Assembly: GCA_964345885.1 (NCBI GenBank)
Contig: CAYFSW010000147.1
Coordinates: 235-64,234, forward strand
Origin: an uncultured Gemmatimonadota bacterium
GTDB taxonomy: Bacteria; Gemmatimonadota; Gemmatimonadetes; Palauibacterales; KS3-K002
Direction of reading: 5' to 3'
DNA: 64,000 bases
Within the stretch, counting starts at the first letter, position 1, and every line of letters begins with the position of its first letter. The notes beneath the pieces were generated by a model. The model did not search any database and was not told the origin of the DNA. It was given only the letters and a program-made list of their open reading frames with translations. A program made the position numbers and the translations under genes. Below are positions 1 to 9,958 of this stretch, piece after piece.

Positions 1-2198
1 GGGCTGGCGGTCACCAGGGGCCAGTAAACGATGGAGGAGGGACTCCGGTCCATCCCGGCGTCCCGGACGTTCCCCACCACCCCCACAATCTCCCGCCAGT
101 CTCCTGGCCCCGTTCCCCCACTGATCCGCTTCCCCAGGGCCTTGGACGGCCGGTCCCAGTACTGCCGGGCGAAGTTCTCCGACACCATCACGACCCGGTT
201 CAGGTCATGAGCGTCCTCCTCCGTGAGGACCCGTCCGGCCAGCACCGGGATCTCCATGGCCTCGAAGTAGCCTTCGCCGATCCACTTGAAGCTGCGGATG
301 GAGGCCAACTGACCCTCGGGCACCGGGAACCCCTCCACAAAGATGGGATCGGCGAAGTCCACGCCGTCCATGGGGATGGAGGAGGAGAGGCCCACCGAGC
401 TCACTCCCGGGATCTCCTCCAGACGGCGGGCGATGAGCTGGTGGGTCCGGGCAGCTTCCAGCGGGTCCCTTGCCTCGTCGCTTCCGATCTCCAGGCGGAC
501 GGTGAGGACGTCTTCGGGATTCCCGAAGCCCGGGTCTACCTTCCGGAGCGCCTGATAGCTACGGATCATCAGTCCCGATCCCACCAGGACGACCATGGCC
601 AGGGCCATCTGGGCCAACACCAGGGCGTTCCGGGCTCGATGCCGAGCCCGACCGGGGGTGGAGCTCCGGCCTCCCTCCTTCAGGGCGTTCACCAAGCCGG
701 CCCGGCCGTAGCGCAGAGCGGGGAGGAACCCGGAGAGAAAACCGGCGAGCAGCGAGATTCCGAGGGTGAAGAGGAAGATTGTCGTGTTCAGGGAGATCTC
801 CTCCAGTCGGGGGAGGTGCGCTGAGGCCATAGACCCCAGGACGCGGAGCCCGGCGTACGCCAGGCCTAACCCTCCCACTCCGCCCAGGAAGCCCAGGGCC
901 AGGCTCTCCCTCAGGAACTCCCAGCCGATACGGCCCCTATCGGCCCCCAATGCTCTCCGCACGGCCATCTCCCGCTCCCGTCCCTCGGCCCGGACCAGGA
1001 AAAGATTCGCCACGTTGGCGCAAGCGATGAGCAGGACGATGCCCACCGTGCCCAGAAAGACCCAGAGGACCTCCCCCACATTGCCCACGACGTCGGCCTT
1101 CAGGGCCCGGAGGTCGGGGCCGCCCCGGGACTCCTCCAGATCCTCGACGGTCACACCCCCGGGGAACCGTTCGATTGCCAGGGGAAGCACCCGGGCCACG
1201 TCGGCGTTGGCCTCCTCTATGGTTACTCCGGGCTTCAGGCGACCCACCGCTCGGTAGCCGAACACTCCCACGTAGAGCTGACTCTGGTCGAAGCGGCGAG
1301 GGGTGTAGATGGCCGGATCGAAGCCTGGGATCCGGAAGCCCCGGGGCATGACACCAATGACCTCCCGCGCATACCCGTCGATGGTCAGGGTCTGGCCCAA
1401 GACGCCGGGGTCTCCCCCGAACCGTCTCCCCCAGTAGCCGTGGCTGAGGATGACCGTCAGGGGGGTGCCCGGCGTCAGGTCCTCGCGGGTGAAGAGTCGG
1501 CCCAGGGAAGGTCGGACCCGGAGAGCCTCGAAGGTGCCGCCGGTCACCCGGGCAGAGGGCACCTCCTCCGGCTCGTCGAGGCCGGTGATGGTGGACGTGC
1601 CCGTGTCCCACATCCCCAACGCTTCGAAGACCCGGCCTTCGTCTACAGTGGCTAAGTGGACCGCGGCAGACTGACCGGCTTCCGATACGCCGAACCCCGG
1701 GAAGGAGTACCAGATCCCCACCAGTCGGTCCGACTCCTCGAAGGGAAGGGGAGTGAGGAGGATCCCGTTCACCAGACTGAAGATGGCCGAGTTGGCCCCG
1801 ATGCCTAGGGCCAGAGTCAGGAGGGCGACGGCGGTGAAGCCCGGGGTCTTCCTCAGGCGGCGGGCTGTGAACCGGAAGTCCTGAAGGAGGTTCGCGGCAA
1901 TGGCCCACCGGCCGCCCTTCTTTCTGAGAGCGGCTTCCGAGGCATCCAGTTGTTGCGCCGTTCTTGAGACGGCGGCGCCCCGGCGGGTCCGGAGGATATT
2001 CGCGGCGAGCCCGTCCCAGTCCTCGATCTGTTCCAGGGCCCGGGCTTCGGCCTCCTCTTCCCTCGCCCCTTTGGCAACGGCCTCCCGGTAGGCGTCTTCC
2101 AGGTGAGCGGCCAGCTCATCCAGAATCTCCTCCACCAACTCCCCTCGGAAACGCTCTGCGGGGAGATGGTTCTTCACGTACTGCTTCCAGTCACGCAT
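1..2198 (-). CDS. Duplicated ABC-type (MacB/FtsX-like, ADOP-type) permease, 3' end outside window
   Basis: Not in ORF track because it has no stop in the window. Minus frame from ATG 2198 reads [13 protein letters not shown]...[30 protein letters not shown]...[31 protein letters not shown]; overlaps the PadR stop (ATGCGTGA). Confidence 0.88.
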   Translation of the reverse strand, partial: MRDWKQYVKNHLPAERFRGELVEEILDELAAHLEDAYREAVAKGAREEEAEARALEQIEDWDGLAANILRTRRGAAVSRTAQQLDASEAALRKKGGRWAIAANLLQDFRFTARRLRKTPGFTAVALLTLALGIGANSAIFSLVNGILLTPLPFEESDRLVGIWYSFPGFGVSEAGQSAAVHLATVDEGRVFEALGMWDTGTSTITGLDEPEEVPSARVTGGTFEALRVRPSLGRLFTREDLTPGTPLTVILSHGYWGRRFGGDPGVLGQTLTIDGYAREVIGVMPRGFRIPGFDPAIYTPRRFDQSQLYVGVFGYRAVGRLKPGVTIEEANADVARVLPLAIERFPGGVTVEDLEESRGGPDLRALKADVVGNVGEVLWVFLGTVGIVLLIACANVANLFLVRAEGREREMAVRRALGADRGRIGWEFLRESLALGFLGGVGGLGLAYAGLRVLGSMASAHLPRLEEISLNTTIFLFTLGISLLAGFLSGFLPALRYGRAGLVNALKEGGRSSTPGRARHRARNALVLAQMALAMVVLVGSGLMIRSYQALRKVDPGFGNPEDVLTVRLEIGSDEARDPLEAARTHQLIARRLEEIPGVSSVGLSSSIPMDGVDFADPIFVEGFPVPEGQLASIRSFKWIGEGYFEAMEIPVLAGRVLTEEDAHDLNRVVMVSENFARQYWDRPSKALGKRISGGTGPGDWREIVGVVGNVRDAGMDRSPSSIVYWPLVTAS

Positions 2199-2523
2199 GG
2201 CTCGGCTCCACCACCAGGTTCACGGCCAGGGTGAACTCCTTCCAGTTGTGTCGCTGGAGGGCCAGGGCTTCCTGCCCCTTGTCGGTAAGGCCGTAGAAGC
2301 GGCGGCGCCTCTCTCCCTCCTGCTCCACCCAGCGGCCCCTGATCCACCCCCGCTTCTCAATCCGGTAGAGGACCGGGTAGAGCGAGGAGGCCCGGAACTT
2401 CAGGCGCCGTCCGGACCGCTCCTCGATCAGGTTCGCAATCTCGTAACCGTGTCGCCGGCCCTCTGCCAGGAGGGACAGCAGCAGCAGCTCGACGCTTCCC
2501 TTCTTGAGGGTTGGACTGAACAC
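2191..2523 (-). CDS. PadR family transcriptional regulator
   Basis: [51 protein letters not shown]; usual partner upstream of this permease class; GGAGG before GTG. Confidence 0.92.
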   Translation of the reverse strand: MFSPTLKKGSVELLLLSLLAEGRRHGYEIANLIEERSGRRLKFRASSLYPVLYRIEKRGWIRGRWVEQEGERRRRFYGLTDKGQEALALQRHNWKEFTLAVNLVVEPSHA

Positions 2524-2534
2524 GCCGCCTCCAT

Positions 2535-2551
2535 AGGTCTGACTGAGACCT
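2535..2551. promoter_or_regulatory. Inverted repeat upstream of padR, possible autoregulatory operator
   Basis: AGGTCT-GACTG-AGACCT just upstream of the RBS. Confidence 0.3.
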
Positions 2552-2963
2552 GTCTCACTGCAACATATATACGAGAGGACTGCCTATCTGGTTTCAGGGG
2601 GCTTCCGAAGGCGTCGGGGAGGGGGGAAATGAAGGGATCGATGCCCAGAGCTCAGCTGCGTTCCAACCTCGGGGGGCCAGCAGACCAGCCAAAGGGGGTA
2701 TGAGCGACCACCACCCTCACCCCGAGGCACCCGTGCGCTCTGCCACCCGACCCGATCGTCGCCGCGAGCCTTCCGGCTGCTCCGCTCCCCGCGGGCCACG
2801 ATTCCAGGTTCTTCCGCTCGATTCTGCTGCCCCCGGTGGGCGAGTTCTTGGGCGAGATTTGCCCCATCAAACTGCCGAAATGGTTCGGGGGCCGTCCCGC
2901 AGAATGCGGTAATGACCCCCGTGGTGATTTGCTTTCTGATGAAAATCGGGCCGGTCTAGCACC

Positions 2964-3003
2964 GATTAAAAGTCCGCTGCTCTACCAGCTGAGCTACCCG
3001 GTC
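2964..3003 (-). pseudogene. 5' half of tRNA-Lys(UUU); no T-arm or 3' acceptor strand
   Basis: Minus strand GACCGGG-TA-GCTC-AGCTGGTA-GAGC-A-GCGGA-CT-TTT-AA-TC, then unrelated sequence with no GTTCRA. Confidence 0.8.
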
Positions 3004-3156
3004 CTACGCGGCCCCATCACCACGCTCCAAGAGATTATCCGGAAAGCTTCCCCCGCGCCAGCACACCCTACAGATACGTTGCGGATCGGTTGACCCCGAG
3101 GCGCGACCGTCAGACCAGAGGATGATCGAATCGACTTCCGAGGTCACCCAGCGAGG

Positions 3157-3176
3157 TTGACATGTGTGACACATGT
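3157..3176 (+). promoter_or_regulatory. -35 box overlapped by palindromic operator of the TA operon
   Basis: TTGACA at 3157-3162; perfect inverted repeat ACATGTGT-G-ACACATGT at 3160-3176. Confidence 0.65.
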
Positions 3177-3191
3177 TTTCATGTTACTCAC

Positions 3192-3419
3192 ATGACCATG
3201 CTCCAGATTCGCAACGTGCCGGACCACTTGCACCGAAAGCTCAAGGCTCGGGCCGCCCTGGCCGGGATGTCCATGTCGGAGTACGCGCTTCGCGAGCTGA
3301 GCAAGGCGCTCGAGCGGCCCACCCGGGCGGAATTGCTGGCACGCCTGGCGGAGCTCCCTTCCCCCGAGCTCGACCCGTCGCCCGCCGAAGTGATTAGAGA
3401 GGAGCGAGACGGGCGGTGA
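3192..3419 (+). CDS. Ribbon-helix-helix antitoxin (FitA/VapB-like)
   Basis: MLQIRNVPDHLHRKLKARAALAGMSMSEY; GTGA overlap with the PIN toxin; start taken at ATG 3192 (or 3198). Confidence 0.85.
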   Translation: MTMLQIRNVPDHLHRKLKARAALAGMSMSEYALRELSKALERPTRAELLARLAELPSPELDPSPAEVIREERDGR

Positions 3420-3811
3420 TCGTGCTCGACGCTTCGGCGGTCGTCGCTCTTCTCCTCAGCACGGAAGTCGGTCGTCGCGTCGCAGATGCGATCTCGTCAC
3501 CCACCGTCTCACTACACGCGCCTCAGTTACTCGACATCGAGGTAGCACAGGCGCTTCGACGTTACGTGCGACAAGGAGCGATAACCGCCGGTCGCGGCTT
3601 TACCGGCGTGGAAACGCTAGGGCAGCTAGGCATCATCCGCTACGGGCACTCGGAGCTACTGTCACGGATATGGGCATTACGAGAGAACCTAACAGCATAC
3701 GACGCGACGTACGTTGCCCTGGCCGAGGCACTCGATGCTCCTCTGCTGACGCTCGATACGCACCTGGCATCGGCGCCCGGCCACGAGGCTCGAGTTCGCC
3801 TCGTTCAATAG
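3416..3811 (+). CDS. vapC: PIN-domain toxin, VapC family
   Basis: MIVLDASAVV..HAPQLLDIEV..NLTAYDATYVALAEALDAPLLTLD with the acidic PIN residues. Confidence 0.92.
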   Translation: MIVLDASAVVALLLSTEVGRRVADAISSPTVSLHAPQLLDIEVAQALRRYVRQGAITAGRGFTGVETLGQLGIIRYGHSELLSRIWALRENLTAYDATYVALAEALDAPLLTLDTHLASAPGHEARVRLVQ

Positions 3812-3859
3812 TGCCCGCATGGGTCCCTCTACCCTCCTTGAAGCGCGAGAGCAGGAACC

Positions 3860-4075
3860 ATGAGGAACAAGGTTGTCATCGACTACACGACGCTAGACAT
3901 ATGCGACAATTGCCTGCTGTGCCTTCGCATCATCGCGCATCTCACCCCAACTGACGACGCACCGCTGGCCATCAACTCTCACGTCCACGGCGAGTGCGTC
4001 CAGGGGTTGCTGAGCGCGATCTGGCCCGATCCGCCGGACGGCCTGCCGCGTCCCCGCCTACGCGACCTGCCCTAG
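3860..4075 (+). CDS. Small hypothetical protein, Cys/His-rich
   Basis: 71-aa ORF with AGGA before ATG; CDNCLLC and HVHGEC; no family recognised. Confidence 0.35.
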   Translation: MRNKVVIDYTTLDICDNCLLCLRIIAHLTPTDDAPLAINSHVHGECVQGLLSAIWPDPPDGLPRPRLRDLP

Positions 4076-4123
4076 AAGAGGACACGCTCGCCAGCGATTG
4101 CCGAGCCGTATGGTCTCAACAGT

Positions 4124-4591
4124 TCAGGCGATGAGCTCGGCGACGCGCTGCGCTCGGTACGCGAAGATTCTGCGGAGGTCGGGTGCGACGAGTAGCCGGT
4201 TGATTATGTCTCCACCGAGCACACCGTACTCGACCCGATCGGTCATCAACGTGCCGCGACCCGCGAGTTCAAGCCGGTGCTCGTGGATCCACCAGCGGTA
4301 CGGGCCACGCAGTTGCGTGTCGACGAACCGGTGGGGTGGCTCCCAGACCGAGATCTCGCTGCGCCAGCGGACCGGTATGCCGCGCAGTCGCAGGCGATAG
4401 TCGATGACCGTCCCCTGCCGCAGGATGATGGGATCGGGCGTCAGGATCTCGAAGCGCAGGAAGGGCGGCGTGAGCGCCTGCAGGTTGTGCGCGTTGGCAA
4501 AGAAGTCGAAGACCTCATCGAGCGGCCGTGCCAGCTCGGTCCGCGCTTCCAACAGATAGCCGCGCTCGAGGCGACTGATGCTCAGATCCAT
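4124..4591 (-). CDS. SRPBCC family protein
   Basis: VFDFFANAHNLQALTPPFLRF..WEPPHRFVDTQLRGPYRWWIHEH. Confidence 0.88.
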   Translation of the reverse strand: MDLSISRLERGYLLEARTELARPLDEVFDFFANAHNLQALTPPFLRFEILTPDPIILRQGTVIDYRLRLRGIPVRWRSEISVWEPPHRFVDTQLRGPYRWWIHEHRLELAGRGTLMTDRVEYGVLGGDIINRLLVAPDLRRIFAYRAQRVAELIA

Positions 4592-4607
4592 CGGGAGGGG
4601 CGAAGCG

Positions 4608-4820
4608 CTAAGAGGCCACGTCCTCCCGACGGGCCTCTCTACCCTTCTCGACCCGGTCGAGCCGTGCGGCGAGCGACCAGATGTAAGCCACGAGGATGAC
4701 CGCGGTGATCACGTAAGCGCGGATGATGTAGCCTGCGTCGCGCATGCCCGGCACGACGACGAACACCATGACGATGGCCGCCAGCCCGGCCGCGGCGGCG
4801 ATGATACCCGTTCTAGTCAC
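4608..4820 (-). CDS. Small membrane protein, CcmD-like
   Basis: 70 aa, hydrophobic with YIIRAY and a charged tail; overlaps ccmC stop. Confidence 0.6.
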   Translation of the reverse strand: MTRTGIIAAAAGLAAIVMVFVVVPGMRDAGYIIRAYVITAVILVAYIWSLAARLDRVEKGREARREDVAS

Positions 4821-5583
4821 CGGCCACCTCCAGTCTCACAGCCTCCAGCTCCTCTTCGCCGCGCAGCCGCGCCAGCATGAAGCGCTGAGTCAACATGAAG
4901 AGGAAGAGCAGGACGAAGGCGATCATCATCACCCGGAGCGCCAGCACCATCGGCGGATCGATCGTGTCGGGACTCGATTGCACCTGGTGCAGCGTGCGCC
5001 ACCAGCGGACCGAGTAGTAGACGATGGGCACGTTGACGAAGCCGATGATCGCCACCAGCGACGACACCCGGGCGCGGGCCTCGGGGTCCTCGAGAAAGGC
5101 GCGCAGCACCAGATATCCGGCGAAGGTGATCGCCATGATGGCCGTCGTGGTGAGCCGCGGGTCCCAGGTCCAGTAGACGCCCCAGGTCGGCCTACCCCAC
5201 AGCGCGCCGGTTACTAGGCCAACCACATTGAACAGGAGCCCGATCTCGGCGCCGGCCACCGCGACGTAGTCGTAGCCGTACTTCCGTGTCCTTATATACA
5301 GGACGCTGGCGACGAACGCCGTGAGATAACCGGCCGCGGTGCCGACCCAGCTGGGGAAGTGGATGTACATGATCCGGTACGAGTCACCCATGATCTCAGC
5401 GCTCGGCGCCCAGACCAGCCCCAGGTAGAGACCCACCGCCAGCAGCAGCAGGCCGACGGATCCCGTGATCATCCCCGCGCGCTTCATCGTGCTCTCCGAC
5501 ATGCCGGCGAGCCGCATGCCGTAGACCAGGACGAAGATGACGATCGCGGCGACGACGACGAACAGAACAACTGAACCTAGCAT
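4813..5583 (-). CDS. ccmC: Heme exporter protein C
   Basis: RIMYIHFP, WGRPTWGVYWTWDPRLTT (WWD domain), VRWWRTLHQ. Confidence 0.93.
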   Translation of the reverse strand: MLGSVVLFVVVAAIVIFVLVYGMRLAGMSESTMKRAGMITGSVGLLLLAVGLYLGLVWAPSAEIMGDSYRIMYIHFPSWVGTAAGYLTAFVASVLYIRTRKYGYDYVAVAGAEIGLLFNVVGLVTGALWGRPTWGVYWTWDPRLTTTAIMAITFAGYLVLRAFLEDPEARARVSSLVAIIGFVNVPIVYYSVRWWRTLHQVQSSPDTIDPPMVLALRVMMIAFVLLFLFMLTQRFMLARLRGEEELEAVRLEVAGD

Positions 5584-5593
5584 AGATATCCGC

Positions 5594-6298
5594 CTAGTCC
5601 TCTATCGCGAACTCGAATGTGAGCGTACAGATTGTCAAAAGCACGATATCGATGAGCCCGAGGATGCGGAGCCAGGTCCACAGTTCGCCCATCGGATCAC
5701 CCCTGATGACCAGGGTCGTCGCCTTTACCGCCGCCACGACCACCGGCACGATGATGGGAAAGAGCAAAACCGGCAGCATCACGTCGCGGGCCCGCAGGTT
5801 CGAGGTGAGCGCTGCATAAAACGTCCCCACCGCCGCGAAGCCCAGCGTCCCCAGCAGCACGACACCCATCAGCGCCGGCAGCTTGGTCCACAGGTCTATG
5901 TTGTAGAGGATGGCCGACACCGGAATCAGAATCAGCTCCATGGCGCCGAGCACGATCAGGTTGGCGACGAGCTTACCGGCGAAGACCGCCTTCTTGTCGC
6001 CGGGATAGAGACGCAGCGCTTCGAGACCGCCGCTCTCGATCTCGATCTGGAACGAGCGACTGAGCGACAGGATGCCGGTGAAGAAGATGGCGACCCAGAG
6101 GAGGCCCGGCCAAAGGTACTGGAGCAGCGTCTGGCCCGGCCCGGCGCTCATGCTCGGCGCGTCGGGTCCCAAGGCGAAGCTGAAGATGAAGAGCACCATC
6201 GCGGCGAAGAAGGCCATGGCGTTGAACGCCGCCTTGCTTCGCCGCTCGGTGAGCAGGTCCTTGCGGACCAGCGCCATGGCACGCCGCAGGTCGCCCAT
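5594..6298 (-). CDS. ccmB: Heme exporter protein B
   Basis: KDLLTERRSK..PGLLWVAIFF..GKLVAN..LPVLLFPIIVP; sits between ccmA and ccmC. Confidence 0.92.
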   Translation of the reverse strand: MGDLRRAMALVRKDLLTERRSKAAFNAMAFFAAMVLFIFSFALGPDAPSMSAGPGQTLLQYLWPGLLWVAIFFTGILSLSRSFQIEIESGGLEALRLYPGDKKAVFAGKLVANLIVLGAMELILIPVSAILYNIDLWTKLPALMGVVLLGTLGFAAVGTFYAALTSNLRARDVMLPVLLFPIIVPVVVAAVKATTLVIRGDPMGELWTWLRILGLIDIVLLTICTLTFEFAIED

Positions 6299-7011
6299 CA
6301 GCCCGTCACCTTCAGCCCGACCGCTTCGGTGGCGCCGGCGATCGCGCCCTCGTAGTCGGAGGTCGGGCCGTCGAAGACCACCTTGCCACCCCGGAGCGCG
6401 ACGGCGCGGTCGCAGAGCGCCAGTGCGCGGCCGATCTCGTGGGTCGCGATGACCAGCGTCTTCCCGGCTTCGCGCAGCTCGCCGATGAAACGGTCGACCC
6501 AGCCGATACCCTCGACGTCGAGCGCGCCGTACGGCTCGTCGAGCAGGACCAGCTCCGGGTCGTGGAGCGTCGCTCGGGCCAGCGCCAGGCGCTTGCGCAT
6601 GCCTGAGGAGAAGGTGCGGGCCTGGGCGTCGGCGACCTGCGCCAGGCCGACGTGGGCCAGCGCCTCCACCAGCTCCTCTCGCTCGGCGCGCATCCCGTAC
6701 ATAGTGGCGGCGAAGCGCAGGTTCTCGACCGCGGTGAGCTCGCCGTACAGGTAGCTCTGGTGCGGCAGGACGCCGAACCGCTCGCGCACGCCCAGGCCGT
6801 TGCGCGGCTGCTGGCCGAAGATCTTAACCTCGCCGTAGGTGGGTCGCGTGACGGCGGTGAGCACCCTGAGCAGCGTGCTCTTGCCGGACCCGTTGGGGCC
6901 CAGCAGCGAGACCAGTTCGCCGCGCCCGACCTGGAGGTCGACGGCCCGCAACGCCCAGGTGCGGGCGTAGCGCTTGCTGACCTGGCGCGCCTCGACGACG
7001 TTTTCGGCCAT
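6298..7011 (-). CDS. ccmA: Heme exporter ATP-binding protein A
   Basis: Walker A GPNGSGKS, signature FSSGMRKRL, LLDEP; start moved to ATG 7011 after AGGAAGGA. Confidence 0.9.
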   Translation of the reverse strand: MAENVVEARQVSKRYARTWALRAVDLQVGRGELVSLLGPNGSGKSTLLRVLTAVTRPTYGEVKIFGQQPRNGLGVRERFGVLPHQSYLYGELTAVENLRFAATMYGMRAEREELVEALAHVGLAQVADAQARTFSSGMRKRLALARATLHDPELVLLDEPYGALDVEGIGWVDRFIGELREAGKTLVIATHEIGRALALCDRAVALRGGKVVFDGPTSDYEGAIAGATEAVGLKVTG

Positions 7012-7169
7012 TTCCTTCCTGTTCCCTGTGGATCTGACAAGCCACAAAGAACTCAGGTCGTGCTATCAGGTCAAGGTGTCCCGGGTCCCTTGCACCGCTC
7101 ATCCGCGGGCCGCACTATACGCCGTCGTCAGGCCGGTCACCGAACAGCGGACGGAGGGCATAAGGACCC

Positions 7170-7976
7170 GTGCACCTACGAACTCGTTTCGTCGTCAGCC
7201 TCGCGCTGCTTCTGGGGGCGGCCCCGGCGCTGGGTCAGACGCGCGACCCGGAGCCCGGGGCGTACAGCTTCGTCTCGGGGACCGGGCACGGAGCGGCGCT
7301 CTGGGTCAACCCGGGCGCTGCCGGCTTCAACCGGGCCGTCGACCTCATGGGCCACATGACCTGGGACCGGCCGGAGGGCGGTGACTGGTCAACCGGCCAG
7401 TATACGGCGGGATTCCACTCGCGGGTCATCGCGTTCGGATACCGTCACGACGAGTTCCAGGCGGGCAGCCAGGGCGACGCCTACACGGCGGCACTCGGTG
7501 TCGCTCGGGGGCGCAATGGGTTCGGCGTGTCGCGCACCTGGCGCTCGGTTGGCGATGCGCAGGGGAGCTGGGAGATCGGGTACGTGAACCACGGGGTCTC
7601 AGGGGTGTCGCTCGGCCTTGTATGGAGCGATATCGGCTCACCGACGGTCCGGGACACGGTACGCCACGAGCGGCTGATCGGTGCCGTCACCTACCGTCCG
7701 CCCACGACGTCCGTCTCGGTATCGGCGCAGGGCAACTACCGGCTGGACGGCGGCCGGTTCAACGGGTTCCGCATCGGCGGCTCGGTCGTGATCCTCGGAA
7801 GCCTGGACACCTTCGCCCTGGCGGAGTGGGACGGCGAGGGGGACTTCATGGCCTTGCGGCTAGGGGCCACGCTGGGCGGGGCCCGGGCGAGGCTGTTCGG
7901 TGGGGCGGGGCTGGATTCGGGTGGCAACGCCCGCACCGCCAGCGCCGGACTGACCTACCGCTCGGAGCAACGCTGA
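7170..7976 (+). CDS. Secreted hypothetical protein, probable outer-membrane beta-barrel
   Basis: Signal peptide (LALLLGAAPALG-Q), WVNPGA motif, alternating Gly/aromatic beta strands, ends AGLTYR. Confidence 0.6.
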   Translation: MHLRTRFVVSLALLLGAAPALGQTRDPEPGAYSFVSGTGHGAALWVNPGAAGFNRAVDLMGHMTWDRPEGGDWSTGQYTAGFHSRVIAFGYRHDEFQAGSQGDAYTAALGVARGRNGFGVSRTWRSVGDAQGSWEIGYVNHGVSGVSLGLVWSDIGSPTVRDTVRHERLIGAVTYRPPTTSVSVSAQGNYRLDGGRFNGFRIGGSVVILGSLDTFALAEWDGEGDFMALRLGATLGGARARLFGGAGLDSGGNARTASAGLTYRSEQR

Positions 7977-8175
7977 CCGCTGTTACTATTTCAATAACCA
8001 ATAACCGACATCCGATGATCAATTGACCAAGGTATACGCATCTAACAAGAATCAAGGTCCAACGTCCGACGAGACAATGTGTCTTTGGGGATTGGACGTT
8101 GAGACCTGCGTCTTGACTAGACCTTGGTCAAATGATCAGTGAATGTCGGTTATTGGATATTGAGATAGACGGTGG
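7977..8175 (+). repeat. ~200-nt imperfect inverted repeat built from degenerate heptamers
   Basis: Paired blocks CCAATAACCGACAT/ATGTCGGTTATTGG, TTGACCAAGGT/ACCTTGGTCAA, CAACGTCC/GGACGTTG, AGACA/TGTCT; lies between convergent genes. Confidence 0.85.
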
Positions 8176-8196
8176 CGGCCTTGTCACCAAAGCAGC

Positions 8197-8814
8197 TCAG
8201 AAATCGAACTCGTATTGCACTCCTAGAAAGGTCCGGCGATGGTGCGGGGTGGGACCCAGGCGATCGAGCCCGTCGCGGTGGTCGCGCGTGCCGTAACCCG
8301 CGTTGTGTTCCCAGCCGTAACCCGGATAGACCCCAGCCAGGCGTCCCATCAACCGGTCGCGAACGACCTTCGCAACGATTCCGGCACAGGCGATCGAGTG
8401 ACACTTGCGGTCGCCCTTGATGATGGCGAGATGGTCGCCCAGGCAGGGCTGCGGTCGCCCGTCGACCAGTACAGTGTCGGGCGTGAAGGGGAGACGCTTG
8501 AGGGCACGCTCCATCGCCAGCCCGCTGGCCCGGCGGACGTTCAGCCGCTCGACTTCCCGCGCCGACGCCGCGCCGACGCCGACGGCCACGGCGCTCTCGT
8601 AGATCGCCTCGGCTATCTCTTCGCGCCGAGCGGCGCTCAGCAGCTTGGAGTCGACGGCGCCCTTGACGCCACCCTCAACCGGGAGGATGACCGCAGCTGC
8701 GACAACGGGGCCGGCCAATGAGCCGCACCCCGCTTCGTCGACGCCTGCAATGTGCTGAAAGCCAGCGCGCCAGTATCGGCGCTCGGTGGTCAGGGCGATC
8801 GCCCGGCGGCCCAT
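8197..8814 (-). CDS. rnhB: Ribonuclease HII
   Basis: AGVDEAGCGSLAGPVVAAAV, DSKLLS, IIKGD, HNAGYGT, HRRTF; start at ATG 8814. Confidence 0.95.
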   Translation of the reverse strand: MGRRAIALTTERRYWRAGFQHIAGVDEAGCGSLAGPVVAAAVILPVEGGVKGAVDSKLLSAARREEIAEAIYESAVAVGVGAASAREVERLNVRRASGLAMERALKRLPFTPDTVLVDGRPQPCLGDHLAIIKGDRKCHSIACAGIVAKVVRDRLMGRLAGVYPGYGWEHNAGYGTRDHRDGLDRLGPTPHHRRTFLGVQYEFDF

Positions 8815-8830
8815 GGCCGGGTCCTCGGGC

Positions 8831-9172
8831 CTATCGCTCCTCCTTGATCCGCGCCTTCTTGCCTCGCAGGCTGCGGAGGTAATAGAGCTTGGCACGCCTG
8901 ACCTTGCCCTTGCGGAGGACCTTGAACTCGGCGATGGAAGGGGAGTGGATCGGGAAGATCCGCTCGACTCCCACGCCGCCGGAGACTTTGCGGACGGTCA
9001 GCGTCTCCCGGAGGCCGCCGCCTTTACGCGCGATGCAAACCCCCTCGAACGGCTGGATGCGCTCTTTCTCGCCCTCCTTGACCCGGACCAGGACACGTAC
9101 CGTATCGCCGGGGCCGACGTCCGGGATATCGGTCCTGAGCTGCTGCTTCTCGATGTCCTGTAGCGCGTCCAT
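8831..9172 (-). CDS. rplS: 50S ribosomal protein L19
   Basis: [36 protein letters not shown]. Confidence 0.98.
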   Translation of the reverse strand: MDALQDIEKQQLRTDIPDVGPGDTVRVLVRVKEGEKERIQPFEGVCIARKGGGLRETLTVRKVSGGVGVERIFPIHSPSIAEFKVLRKGKVRRAKLYYLRSLRGKKARIKEER

Positions 9173-9262
9173 TTGAGCTTCTACTCCCGTGGCGATCGCG
9201 TTCCTGTGTCCAGAAGGCGTAAGAAGATAATCAGACGTGGCGGCTTGTCCAAGGGGGACCGG

Positions 9263-9934
9263 TTACCGGTCCGCCAGGTCCGGCCGCAACTCCCGGGTCA
9301 GCCGCTCCGCCTCCTTACGTCGCCAATCCGAGATCGCCGCGTGGTCGCCCGAGCGCAGTACTTCCGGTACCTCCATCCCCCGGTACTCGGGCGGCCGCGT
9401 GTAGGTAGGCGGCGCCAGGAGCGGCGCGTCGTAGAACGAGTCGCTGGAAGCTGACTCGTGGTCGCCCAGCGAGCCGGGCAAGAGGCGGACAACGGCGTCC
9501 ACCAGGCAGAGCGCCGCCGGTTCACCGCCCGAGAGCACGAAGTCGCCCACCGAGAAAACGTCGGTGGCCAACCCCTCGGCAACCCGCCAGTCGACGTCCT
9601 TGTAGTGGCCGCAAAGCAGTGTCAGCTCGGGCTCGAGTGAGATCCGCACCGCGTGCTCGTGCCTGAAGATGCGTCCCCGGGCATCGAGCAGCACGATCGG
9701 GCCTTGCGGCTTCAGCGCGTCGATCGCCTCGAAGAAGGGCTCCGGTTTCATCACCATCCCGGCACCGCCGCCGTACGGCTCGTCGTCGACCGTACGATGC
9801 CGGTCGTGCGTATAGTCGCGCAGATCGACCGTGCTGTAGGAGACGAGTCCATCCCGTGCGGCGCGGCCGGGGATGCCGAGGGTGAGCGCCTCGCGGAAGA
9901 AGCCGGGGAAGATCGTCAGGATGTTGATCCGCAT
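9263..9934 (-). CDS. trmD: tRNA (guanine37-N1)-methyltransferase
   Basis: VDDEPYGGGAGMVMKPEP, GDFVLSGGE, YTRP, VPEVLRSGDH; canonical operon position. Confidence 0.96.
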   Translation of the reverse strand: MRINILTIFPGFFREALTLGIPGRAARDGLVSYSTVDLRDYTHDRHRTVDDEPYGGGAGMVMKPEPFFEAIDALKPQGPIVLLDARGRIFRHEHAVRISLEPELTLLCGHYKDVDWRVAEGLATDVFSVGDFVLSGGEPAALCLVDAVVRLLPGSLGDHESASSDSFYDAPLLAPPTYTRPPEYRGMEVPEVLRSGDHAAISDWRRKEAERLTRELRPDLADR

Positions 9935-9958
9935 GCGCGTACTGTCCGAGGCTGCGTA

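Noticed and set aside
2584..2960. Short ORFs or a group I/II intron following the tRNA half
   Set aside because: No coding motifs, no recognisable intron core and no 3' exon within the window.
7977..8175. Hairpin as 6S RNA or integron attC
   Set aside because: No large central bubble; ATCTAAC has no matching GTTAGAT and there is no integrase or cassette array. Kept only as an unexplained structure.
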